From Mobula hypostoma (lineage: Eukaryota): a stretch of 64,000 nt of DNA. The notes under the pieces are model-generated. The model saw nothing but the letters and a program-made list of their open reading frames with translations. It was not told the origin of the DNA and did not search any database. The stretch covers positions 112,284,001 through 112,348,000 of the forward strand of contig NC_086107.1 in NCBI RefSeq assembly GCF_963921235.1. The letters are read 5' to 3'. Made by a program: the position numbers and the translations under genes. How positions within the stretch are numbered: position 1 is the first letter of the stretch; every line of letters begins with the position of its first letter. Positions 51,281 through 63,218 of the stretch are shown piece after piece.

Positions 51281-52374
51281 GAGCCCAGCAAGTCAGGCGG
51301 GAGTCAGCAGTCGACGTTTCGGGCTGAGACCCCCCCAAGTCAAAAGGTCGACTGTCGACTCCCTTCCATGGATTCTGCCTGACTTGTTGAGTTCCTCCAG
51401 CCTTGCTCAAGGTTTCCAGCATCCGCAGAATACATTTGAGCTGGGCTGAAGCAGCCCTGATGCTCCGAACATTTTTTACAGACCAGCGCTCGAAGTATTA
51501 TGCAATGGGGCTCGGTGTCAGAGAGATGAGTTTTTTTTTCTGATTGAGTCTCCTGGATTCCATCGCAGGAGGAATCCTTCTGTGAAATTTTAATTATTAG
51601 AATGAATCATAAACACTGCCTCCATATTATGGTTAACAATAACATATTATTGTTATTTGGAATTCCTCATCTCCCCCTCGTTTAGTCTCTCTTTCATTCT
51701 CTGTCTATATGTCTCTATCTGTCTATCTCCCTCTTTCTTTCTCTCTGCATCTCTCTTTTTCTCTCTATCTATCCATTGCCTCTGTTTCTTTGTCTCTGTC
51801 ACCGTCTCTGTCTCCCTCTTTCTGTCCATCTCTCTCTTTCTTGCTTTGTCTCTCTCTCTCTCTCTGTCTGTATCCTTTTCTCTCTGTTTCTCTATCTATC
51901 TGTCTCTCTCCTCCTTCCCTCACCACACATGGAGTCACAGATTGATATAGAATTGAACAATACCTTTGCTTCCATCACCAGCCACCTACTCTGCTCTGCA
52001 CGTCCAATTTTATCTCCTTATACATTCTAAGAGCGGTAATATTTTATACAATTGCTACTCGTGGGAGCATGCTGTGTATAAATTTCCTCTGTTGCAATGG
52101 TGACCATTCTTCCAGAGCACTCCAGTAGCTGTAAAGCACTTTGACGCATCTTGACACAAGGGGTGGTCGCAGGACAGTAAGGGTCACAGAAAACCACGAC
52201 TCCCTCCACCCAGTGCCACCCCACCCCCGTCAGGCTAGACAGGAGCCAGTCTGCAGAATGTGCCGCGTTGAAGTTTCAGTGTGTTTTTACAGCGTCTGGC
52301 GTGACGCATGTGGCCTTGGTGGGAGAGTAGATGGTGTGCGCTTGCATATTTGAGGCACTTTGTTGGTTGAGATT

Positions 52375-52750
52375 AACCATGGAGGTTGCATCCCAGAGGT
52401 CTGAATGAAATGTAAGCCTGGGCAGTATGATACGGGGAGCAAGCTGTTGCCCATGCAGCGGGCTCCCCCTCTCCACACAGCTGATGAATCCAAAGGAACG
52501 GCAGAGACCGATACAGTTTGGCACCAGTGGCGTCGGTGAAATTGCCAGTCAGCGATGAACTCAATGTTGGACTGCCTTAGGGATTCCAGCTCTGGAATTT
52601 TCCTCATGGTTTACTCCCAACTCCTTCCCCATGAATGGAAGCCGCAAGGTAGCAGAAGTTTGAGACCAGAGTTTTCCTTCTCCTAGATGAGCTGCTAACC
52701 ACGGCTGACAAGCCCCATCTGCCCGAAGTGACTGGTTCAGTAAACCCACC
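52375..52750 (-). mobile_element. RTE-related non-autonomous element
   Basis: Minus-strand GCAGCTCATCTAGGAGAAGGAAAACTCTG, a motif typical of RTE 5' UTRs. Confidence 0.6.
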
Positions 52751-52829
52751 TTCTAGCTTAAAAACCTAACAAACAGGAACAGAAGTTGGCCATCTAGCCC
52801 ATCGAGCTTGCTCCGCCATTCAATAAGAT

Positions 52830-54285
52830 CTCTGGTCCTAGACTCCCCCACTATAGGAAACATCCTCTCCACATCCACTCTATCTGTGCCCTCTGGTCCT
52901 AGACTCCCTCACCATAGGAAACATCCTCTCCACATCCACTCTATCTGTGCCCTCTGGTCCTAGATTCCCCCACTATAGGAAACATCCTCTCCACATCCAC
53001 TCTATCTGTGCCCTCTGGTCCTAGACTCCCCCAGTATAGGAAACATCCTCTCCACATACACTCTATCTGTGCCCTCTGGTCCTAGACTCCCTCACCATAG
53101 GAAACATCCTCTCCACATCCACTCTATCTGTGCCCTCTGGTCCTAGACTCCCCACTATAGGAAACAACCTCTCCACATCCACTCTATCTGTGCCCTCTGG
53201 TCCTAGACTCCCCCAGTATAGGAAACATCCTCTCCACATACACTCTATCTGTGCCCTCTGGTCCTAGACTCCCTCACCATAGGAAACATCCTCTCCACAT
53301 CCACTCTATCTGTGCCCTCTGGTCCTAGACTCCCTCACCATAGGAAACATCCTCTCCACATCCACTCTATCTGTGCCCTCTGGTCCTAGATTCCCCCACT
53401 ATAGGAAACATCCTCTCCACATCCACTCTATCTGTGCCCTCTGGTCCTAGACTCCCCCAGTATAGGAAACATCCTCTCCACATACACTCTATCTGTGCCC
53501 TCTGGTCCTAGACTCCCTCACCATAGGAAACATCCTCTCCACATCCACTCTATCTGTGCCCTCTGGTCCTAGACTCCCCACTATAGGAAACAACCTCTCC
53601 ACATCCACTCTATCTGTGCCCTCTGGTCCTAGACTCCCCCAGTATAGGAAACATCCTCTCCACATACACTCTATCTGTGCCCTCTGGTCCTAGACTCCCT
53701 CACCATAGGAAACATCCTCTCCACATCCACTCTATCTGTGCCCTCTGGTCCTAGACTCCCCCACTATAGGAAACAACCTCTCCACATCCACTCTATCTGT
53801 GCCCTCTGGTCCTAGATTCCCCCAGTATAGGAAACATCCTCTCCACATCTACTCTATCTGTGTCCTCTGGTCCTAGACTCCCTCACCATAGGAAACATCC
53901 TCTCCACATCCACTCTATCTGTGCCCTCTGGTCCTAGATTCCCCCAGTATAGGAAACATCCTCTCCACATCTACTCTATCTGTGTCCTCTGGTCCTAGAC
54001 TCCCTCACCATAGGAAACATCCTCTCCACATCCACTCTATCTGTGCCCTCTGGTCCTAGACTCCCCCACTATAGGAAACAACCTCTCCACATCCACTCTA
54101 TCTGTGCCCTCTGGTCCTAGATTCCCCCAGTATAGGAAACATCCTCTCCACATCTACTCTATCTGTGTCCTCTGGTCCTAGACTCCCAAACCAGAGGAAA
54201 CATCCTCTCCACATCCACTCTATCTGTGTCCCCTGGTCCTAGACTCCCCCACCAGAGGAAACGTCCTCTCCCCATCCACTCCATC
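52830..54285. repeat. 61-bp tandem array (24 units) derived from CR1 ORF2 sequence
   Basis: Unit CTCTGGTCCTAGACTCCCCCACTATAGGAAACATCCTCTCCACATCCACTCTATCTGTGCC; reverse strand encodes DRVDVERMFPIVGESRTRGH; runs into normal CR1 sequence at 54285-54375. Confidence 0.95.
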
Positions 54286-54579
54286 CAGAGCTTTCAATAT
54301 TTGATAGGCTTCAACAAGAACCACCCCCATTCTTCTAAATTCCAGCAAGAACAGACCCGGAGCAATCAAATGTTCTGATACATGCACAGCCATGCACACA
54401 AACACATGTATTCGGCTATTCTGATCTGCCGACAAGCTCGTATGATGTAAACACTCAGGTTTTCATTCAAAATCCACTACGTACAGATCTACACACACTT
54501 TGCCCACACACAGAAACATACATAGTCACACGCAGTCATATGTACACAGACATAAACGCACTTACAGACAATAGTACAC

Positions 54580-54616
<37 letters not shown>

Positions 54617-55054
54617 CACACGCACACACACACAAGTGCCCACAGGCACTGATGCACACAGAACACAGCAATAAAGAGAAAGATAGATGGGTTTGTAGAA
54701 ACACACAAACAGCAACGAGACAGAGCACAGTGTTTAATGGAGGGACAGCTGAGACCTGCATTGCAGACTATTGATAGGAACGACAAGACAGACAACAATG
54801 ATGAGTGAGCATAAAGCAGACAGGTAGAGACAAGGCACAAAGTACTGAGATACCTGGTGAGACTGACACACCAACAACACCTCAGTATAGAGACTCGTGA
54901 AGGAAAGCACACACACAAAGAAACTCACACATACACACATATACATACACACACATACACATTCTGTACACGCATACACATACAAGGAGAAATATTAAAT
55001 AATACACATACAAATAAATAGGTAGCAACAAGAACTCCACACCCAGACTTATAA

Positions 55055-55490
55055 GGAGTCATAAGGAAAGATTGAATAGGTTAGGACTTTACTCCTTGGA
55101 GCGTAGAAGATTGAGAAGAGACTTGATAGAGGTATACAAAATTATGAGGGGTATAGCTAGGGTAAATGCAAGCAGGCTTTTTCCACTGAGGTGGTGTGGG
55201 ACTACAAGCAGAGGTCACGGATTAAGGGTGAAAGGCAAAACATTTAAGGGGAACATGAGGGGAAACTTCACTCAGAGGGTGGTGAGAGTGTGGAACGAGC
55301 TGCCAGCACAAGTGGTGCATGCGAGCTCGATTTCAACGTTTAACAGAAGTTTGGATAGGTACCTGGATAGTAGGGGTATGGAAGGCTGTGGTCCTGATAC
55401 AGATAGATGGGAGTAGGCAGTTCAAATGGCTCAGCATGGACTAGATGGGCCAAGTGGCCTTTTTCTGTGATGTACTTTTCTATGACTCTG
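55055..55490 (+). mobile_element. CR1-type LINE 3' fragment
   Basis: LNRLGLYSLERRRLRRDLIEVYKIMRG... Confidence 0.9.
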
Positions 55491-55859
55491 TACCTCTAAC
55501 TACCCCAGTATTACCTGCTGGATCTGAAAGTCCGATGGAGCTGAAGGGTTGCTCAGCACTCCCCCCAGCAGCAGAAGCCTCTCAGTACAGCTACAGTATG
55601 TTCCATGGAAGACTTGAAAGGCCTAGAGAGCAGGAAAGTCTAGGAGCAGAGGGCATCCCTTTAGACAGAGATGAGGAAAAACTTCTTTAGCCAGAGGGTG
55701 GTGAATGACAGAACAGACCAGATAGGCTGAATGGCCCTCATTCTACTCCAATGTCTTATGGTCTCCTGGTAGTTAAAAGATGTCCCTCTCTAGATCTGGA
55801 GACATATTGAGATCTGAGCAGGCGGGTATCAATGCCAGGTGGGGTTTTGGTGACATTCT

Positions 55860-56156
55860 GGTGACAGTTTGAGGATAGAGGGGAAGCCTTTTAGGACCGA
55901 GATTAGGAAAAACTTCTTCACACAGAGAGTGGTGAATCTGTGGAATTTTCTGCCACAGCAAACTGTTGAGGCCAGTTCATTAGCTATGTTTAAAAGGAAG
56001 TTAGATATGGCCCTTGTGGCTACAGGGGTCAGGGGGTATGGAGGGAAGGCTGGGTTCTGAGTTGGATGATCAGCCATGATCATAATAAATGGCGGTGCAG
56101 GCTCGAAGGGCCGAATGGCCTACTCCTGCACCTATTTTCTATGTTTCTATGTTTCT
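55860..56156 (+). mobile_element. Young CR1-type LINE 3' end
   Basis: RIEGKPFRTEIRKNFFTQRVVNLWN; (TTTCTATG)n tail; same family as 62745-63218. Confidence 0.88.
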
Positions 56157-56389
56157 ATTCTATTAGTTTCATTGGCCTTTGTTATCGATATTAGCCTTTT
56201 ATTCCAGAACATATTTAATTAACTGAATTTAAATCCCTCTGTGATTGGGTTATGAGTTCAAATTCATTGAGGTCTCTGGGCATCACTGTAATGCTACAAT
56301 AATGAAGCATTTAGCTCTGCTTGTGCAGGCCAAATTGTTGGACAAGTTTCCAACTTTATTAGAATCTCATTCCTTGGGCTGGCTGGTGG

Positions 56390-56680
56390 CGCAACAAAGC
56401 GGTCCCGCAGTTTACGACGGGACTCACCAACGCGGAGGGGGCCGCATCCCGAACACCAGACACGATAGGCAACCACAGCAGATTCACAGGTGAGGGGTTG
56501 CCTCACCTGGGAGGACCGTTTGGGGCCTGAAGTGGAGGTGAGGGAGGAGGAGTATGGATGGGTATTACACTGAGGCCGCTTGCGGGGATAGATGCCAGGA
56601 AGATTAGTGGGGAGGGACGTATGGACAAGGGAATTGCAGAGGGAATGATCCCTGTGGAAAGCAGAGGGGGAGGGAGGTAA
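56390..56680 (-). mobile_element. Penelope-like ORF fragment
   Basis: AFHRDHSLCNSLVHTSLP...GPKRSSQVRQPLTCESAVVAYRVWCSGCGPLRVGESRRKLRDRF. Confidence 0.8.
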
Positions 56681-56699
56681 ACCTAAGAGTGATTGTAAG

Positions 56700-57285
56700 C
56701 GTGAGGAGGAAAGACAGCGGCTATATTTCATTAGGAGTTTGAGGAGATTAGGTTTGTCAACTAATAAAATCAAAACCATCCAGTAATGTACTGCAGGGAG
56801 CATTCTGACTGGCTGCATCACTGTCTGGTATGGGGGCGGGCAGGGGACTACTGCGCAGGATCAAAATAAGTTGAGGAGACTTGTAAAATTAGTCATCTCC
56901 ATCACGGGTACTGGCCTCCATAGAATCCAGGACATCTTCAAGGAGCGGTGCCTCAGAAAGGTGGCATCCATTATTAAGGACCCCCATCACCCAGGACATA
57001 CCCTCTTCTCATTGCTACAGTCAGGAAGGAAGTACAGAAGCCTGAGGGCACACACTCAGCGATTCAGGAACAGATTCTTCCCCTCTGCCGTCTGATTTCT
57101 AACTGGACCTTGAAACCCATGAACATTACCTCACTACTTTTTTATTTGTTTATTTTGCACTACTTTTTTAACTTAGCTATTTAATATACATATATATATT
57201 TACTGTAATTTCATTGTACTGCTGCTGTTAAGTTAACACAGTTCACGACGCATGCCAGTGATATTAAACCTGATTCTGATTCTGA
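56700..57285 (+). mobile_element. Rex1/Babar LINE 3' fragment
   Basis: RCLRKVASIIKDPHHPGHTLFSLLQSGRKYRSLRAHTQRFRNRFFPSAV; (ATTCTG)n tail. Confidence 0.88.
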
Positions 57286-59479
57286 CTGTTGCTTGAGATA
57301 ATTTATCCAGAGATAGGAGACAGAAGGGGTGGAAATAGGACACTGGTCTGAATGTAAGTTTGAGGGGCTGAATGGCCTCCTCCTATTCTCGCCTGGCTCT
57401 CTCACTAGCAAGCTTCCCCAGATGTTTGGATCAGCCAGCCTCAGCCCCAGCTGGCTGTCCTTGCCACGAGGAGCTGTTGTGTTTCACTGTGACTAATTTC
57501 CTCTGATGTCAGTGCCTTCGATTTTCTCTGTTCTCAGAGAGTAAATAATTCACGCGGCCTGTCAGCTGAGCATCGCTCTGTGATGTTGGCTACAAGAGAG
57601 ATCAGTGTCTTTGTCATAGGTACAGGATGTATACAGGAGAAGTAATCATATGTAACTGTTGCTGGAGAGAATACCTTCTGGAAGTAGGCAGTACAAATGG
57701 TTTTGCCATGGACTAGATGGGCTGAAGGGCCTGTAACTGTGTTGTACTGCTGTATGACTCTAAAACCATCTATATTTATATATAAAATAGATAAATTAAG
57801 TAAGTAGTTCAAAAATAGAAATAAACAAGTAGTGAGGTAGTGTTCATGGATTCAATGTCCATTCAGAAATCGGATGACAGAGGGGAAGAAGCTGTTCCTG
57901 AATCACCAAGATAAGTAACTTTTATGTAAAATATTAGATCCCGAGGGTGAGTTACAGGTTAGAATCTCTTTGAGGAGTTCAGGACTTTAAAATGTAGGAC
58001 TGCACAAGAATAGGTCCTTTTGACTAACGATGTCTGTGCCCTGATTCATGCCAAATTAAACTAATTCCTTCTGCCTGCACATGATCTGTATGCTTCCATT
58101 CTCTGTATATTCATCTGCGTATCCAAAATGCTCTTGAACTCCTCTATCGTATCTACTTCCACTACCAGTCCTTGGCATCACTTTCCAGACATCTATCTCC
58201 CTGTATATTAAAAAAATCTCCATACATCTTCTTTAAATTTCACCCTTCCCCGCCCCCCTCACCTTATGTCCTCTATATTCAATGTTTCTACCCTCAGAGA
58301 AAAGTTTCTGTTTATGATTTTTCTGTCATGACCCCTGCAGGCCTCTGAGACTTGCCGTAAAGCACTGGGCTTTTGGGTTTCTTGAGCATCTATATTTAAG
58401 ATTCATTGTTCAAGGTACATTTATAGTCAAAGTATGCATGCAGCGTACAACTCTGAGATTTATCTTGTCCGGACAGCCACGAGACGAAGAAAACCATGGG
58501 AAGAAAAACATCAACCTGCCCCCCATAGACAAAAAAAAACTAATTGCACAAACAGCAGCCGGAACATCAACCCCCACCCCCCAACGCAAAAACAAAACAA
58601 TTGCGCGCATTTGGCAACAGGAGCATCAACCCCCACGCAAATAAAAACTGCATAAATGGCAACAAGAAGATCAAACCCCCCCCCCAACACGCTGAAAAAA
58701 ACAATTGCACAAATGGCAGCAAGAAAGAATGAGCGAAAACACAGATTATAAAGATAAAAAACAGAACGAGCCCAATTGAACTCCATAAATCACAGGCCCG
58801 GAACTTCAGTGCTGTCCTCCAACATCACTGAGGTCAAGATACGTTACTAATCGTTAGAGTCGCTAAGCCCAGGTACTTTGTGTTTGGTCTTGTTGGGTTG
58901 ATTGTGACTGGCACATGTTTCCCACAGTCTAGGATTACTTAACAGGGCCTCTCGTTGCGCACTGTAAGTGGAGACCCCCAGTGTGTTTGTGGAGAAGGGT
59001 TGGTCTAATCTCTTGTTTCTATCTCTTCATGGGGAGCCTGCCACTCCTCAGCTCCTGGGCCAAGTCGTCGTCAGTGCTTACCGTGACGGAGGCTGCCACC
59101 CTCCACTCCTGGGATGAGCCGGTGCCCACAACCACCGTGACGGAGAGAGAGTCTGCCGTTCGTTCATGCTTGGGTCCAGTCCCGCGAGCGCGCATCGTGA
59201 CAATTTTCATAAAATTATAGACTTCAGGCTCCGATTCTCCAACCTCTCTTTATAGCTAAAACCCTCTAAACTGCAGGTTGAATTCTGGTGAGTGAGTTAC
59301 AGGTTGGAGTACAATTGAGGGCTTCAGGTATTTTTATATATGGTAGAATAATTGAAACCAGTTTTGACTCTCACGAAGAGGGGTGGATATATTCCAGGTC
59401 AGGGCATGAAGGGATACAGGGAGAAGGCCAGAGATTGGGGCTGAGGGGAAGAAGGGACCTGGGTTTCATCACCCAAGTT

Positions 59480-59910
59480 ACAGAGAAAGGTTGAACAAGT
59501 TGGGTCTTTATTCTTTGGAGCGTAGAAGGTTGAGGGGGACTTGATAGGGGTGTTTAAAATTATGAGGGGGATAGATAGAGTTGACGTGGATAGGCTTTTT
59601 CCATTGAGAGTGAGGGAGATTCAAACAAGAGGACATGAGTTGAGAATTAGAGGACAAAAGTTTAGGGGTAACATGAGGGGGAACTTCTTTACTCAGAGAG
59701 TGGTAGCTGTGTGGAACGAGCTTCCAGCAGAAGTGGTTGAGGCAGGTTCGATGTTGTCGTTTAAAGTTAAATTGGATAGATATATGGACAGGAAAGGAAT
59801 GGAGGGTTATGGGCTGAGTGCAGGTCGGTGGGACTAGGTGAGAGTAAGCGTTCGGCACGGACTAGAAGGGCCGAGATGGCCTGTTTCCGTGCTGTAATTG
59901 TTATATGGTT
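59480..59910 (+). mobile_element. CR1-type LINE 3' fragment nested in another CR1 3' UTR
   Basis: FKIMRGIDRVDVDRLFPLRV...GYGLSAGRWD. Confidence 0.88.
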
Positions 59911-61589
59911 AAATGGATCAGCTCTGGTGAAATGGCAGAGAAGACTCGATGGGCCAAATGGTCTAATTCTGTTCCTATATCTTATGGTCTTACGGTCTTA
60001 ACTCTTTGCTGTTCAGCGGTAAGTTGTGGTAGTACAGTTGGCTCCTGTATATAAATCCAGATGATGACAATGGAATAGAAAAAGAGGCCATTCAGCCCAC
60101 TTTGTCTGTGAAAGCCAAAAGTGGACACTGACCATAAGTCATAGGAGCAGAATAAGGCCATTCAGCCCATTGCCTCTTCTCTGTGTGGTTGACGGTTGAC
60201 TTACTATCCCTCTCAACCCCATTCTCCTGCCTTCTCCCCATAACCATTGACACCTTGACTAATCCAGAACCTATCATCGTCTGTTTTAAATGTATCCAGT
60301 GACTTGATCTTCACAGCTGTCCAAGGCAATGAATTCCACAGATCCACCACCTATGGCTAAAGAAATTCCTCCTCATCTCTGATCTGAATGGACAACCTTC
60401 TATTCCGAGGCTGTGTCCTCTGTCCTAGACTCCCCCACATGTTAATGGATTAATGCTTCAATGACTCAACCAGGTATGGTCCGCGAGCGGCGAAGGCTTC
60501 TGCCTGCAACTTTCTTTCAGGCAATAAGTTCCAGATCCTACTATTCACTGACTGAAAAAAAAATTCCTCGACTCACAAGCAAGAGAAAATTTGCAGATGC
60601 TGAAAATCCGAGCAACACCAAGAAAATACTGCAGGAACTCAGCAGGCCAATTTACTAACACGGGTACCCATTATTTACTAACGCCTCTGCTGAGGAAAAT
60701 AGATCATTTCATCTTATTTATTTACATACAGTGTGTAATAGGCCCTTCCAACCCTCTGAGCCACGCCACCCAGCACCTCCCGATTTAATCTTCGCCAAAT
60801 TGTAGGACGATTTACAATGACCAACTAACCTACCAACTGGCATGTCTTTGAACTGTGTGAGGAAACTGGAGCAAACCCATGTGGGCTCTTATGTTTTGAT
60901 TGAATTCATAATCCTTGTGAGCGGTTTTCATCTTTCTATCTGAAGTCGGTGGTTCAATTCCCGCTCCAGTGACTTGAGGACAGATATCTACTCTGGCATC
61001 CTACTGGAGGCACTGTGCTTCAAGTACGCCAGAATCAGGTTCATTACCACCGATATGTGTTGTGACATTTGATGTTTTTTGGCAGCGCAGTGCACAATAA
61101 ATCACTGTAGGTTACAATAAATGAATGCACAGTGCGAAAGAGGAGGAGTGAGGCGATGTGCATGGGTTCAAGGACTGTTTCAGGCTCAGTCTCTTCGTCT
61201 GGGTTTCCAGCGTCTGCAGGACCTCTCGTTTTTCTGATTTTTAATAAGCTTTTGATTTTCCTGCTAACTGCAGGACAGGAGAGGGGATGAAATACCAGGC
61301 AATATTTCCACTGGAGTCTTGTCATTCATTCCCAAGCAGGCGGAGAAAGGAGACAATTTATATGCAGAGGAATAAAACAAAAAAGAAGCAATCTGATCTG
61401 CATTCATGCACACCGCTCAGCGCACCCCAAAGAGTCTGTCTGCACTTCTCACCGCCTCAGTAAAGCAGTCGGCATCGTTAAATATCCTACCCGTCCCTGG
61501 CATTCTCTATTCTCTCCCCCTCCAATCAGGCAGAAGACACAAAAGCCTGAAAGCATGTAGCACCAAGCTCAAGGAGAACTTCTACCCGC

Positions 61590-62180
61590 GATTATACTTC
61601 ATAGTCACCAAACAATTGATACTAGAACGTACAATCATCACAGCGATATTTGATTCTGTGCTTCCCACTCCCTGGATTACAAATATTAAATATTTAAAAT
61701 ATTAAAAATAGTAAAAATTAGTAAATATTAAAAATTTAAATTATAAATCATAAATAGAAAATAGAAAAATGGGAAGTAAGGTAGTGCAAAAAAACCGAGA
61801 GGCAGGTCTGGATATTTGGATGGTACGGCCCAGATCCGGGTCAGGATCCGTTCAGCAGTCTTATCACAGTGGGAATCTTCAAGCTCCTGAGCCTTCTCCC
61901 GGAGGGAAGAGGGACGAGAAGTCTGTTGGCTGGGTGGGTCGTGTCCTTGATTATCCTGGCAGCACTGCTCCGACAGCGTGCGGTGTAAAGTGAGTCCACA
62001 GACGGAAGGTTGGTTTGTGTGATGTACTGCGCCGTGTTCACGATCTTCTGCAGCTTCTTCCGGTCTTGGACAGGACAACTTCCATACCAGGTTGTGATGC
62101 ACCCTAGAAGAATGCTTTCTATGGTGCATCTATAAAAATTAGTGAGGGTTTTAGGGTACAGGCCAAATTTCTTTAGTTTC
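61590..62180 (-). mobile_element. Rex1/Babar LINE 3' fragment (distinct family, small internal deletion)
   Basis: AARIIKDTTHPANRLLVPLPSGRRLRSLK|IPTVIRLLNGS; AT-rich 3' UTR. Confidence 0.85.
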
Positions 62181-62744
62181 TTTAATCAATTAATGATTAC
62201 TGAATGATTCTCCAGTTCAATAAGGTGGACTCTTAACTTCACAATCGACCTCGTTGTGACCTTGCACTTCATTGTCTACCTGCACTGCACTTTCACTGGA
62301 TCAGAATCAGGTTTAACATCACTGATACTTGCTGTTTGAAAGTTCAAAATCAATTTTATTATCAAAGAATACATATGTCACCATATACAACCCTGAGCTT
62401 CATTTTTCCTGCGGGCACACTCAAGCAAATCTATAGAATAGTAACTACAACGGGGATCAACCAGAGTGCGGAACACAACAAACTGTAAAAATGCAAATAT
62501 AAATAAAAAGCAATAAATAACAAAGACATGAGATGGTAAAGAGTCCTTGAAGTGAGATCATTGGTTGTGGGGGACATTTCACTTGTGGAGCAAGTGAGTG
62601 TTGTTATCCCCTTTTATTTTAAGAGCCTGGTGGTTGAGGGGTAGGAACTGTTCTTGAACCTAGTGGTGCGAGTCCTGGGAATATTAATACTGAATCTGAT
62701 TTCCCCCCCTCCCCACCTCCCCACCTCCCCACCTCCCCACAGTC

Positions 62745-63218
62745 AGAAGGTTCCTGGGATGGCAGGACTTTCGTATGATGAAAGACTGGATCGACTAGGC
62801 TTATACTCTCTGGAATTTAGAAGATTGAGGGGGGATCTGATTGAAACGTATAAAATTCTAAAGGGATTGAACAGGCTAGATGCAGGAAGATTGTTCCCGA
62901 TGTTGGGGAAGTCCAGAGCGAGGGGTCACAGTTTGAGGATAAAGGGGAAGCCTTTTAGGACCGAGATGAGGAAAAACTTCTTCACACAGAGAGTGGTGAA
63001 TCTGTGGAATTCTCTGCCACAGGAAACAGTTGAGGCCAGTTCATTGGCTATATTTAAGAGGGAATTAGATATGGCCCGTGTGGCTAAAGGGATCAGGGAG
63101 TATGGAGAGGAAGCAGGTACAGGGTTCTGAGTTGAATGATCAGCCATGATCATACTGAATGGCAGTGCAGACTCGAAGGACTGAATGGCCCACTCCTGCA
63201 TCTATTTTCTATGTTTCT
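62745..63218 (+). mobile_element. CR1-type LINE 3' fragment
   Basis: PGMAGLSYDERLDRLGLYSLEFRRLRGDLIETYKILKG... Confidence 0.92.

Noticed and set aside
52830..54285. CRISPR-like array
   Set aside because: Units are contiguous with no unique spacers, derive from CR1, and there are no cas genes; the context is eukaryotic
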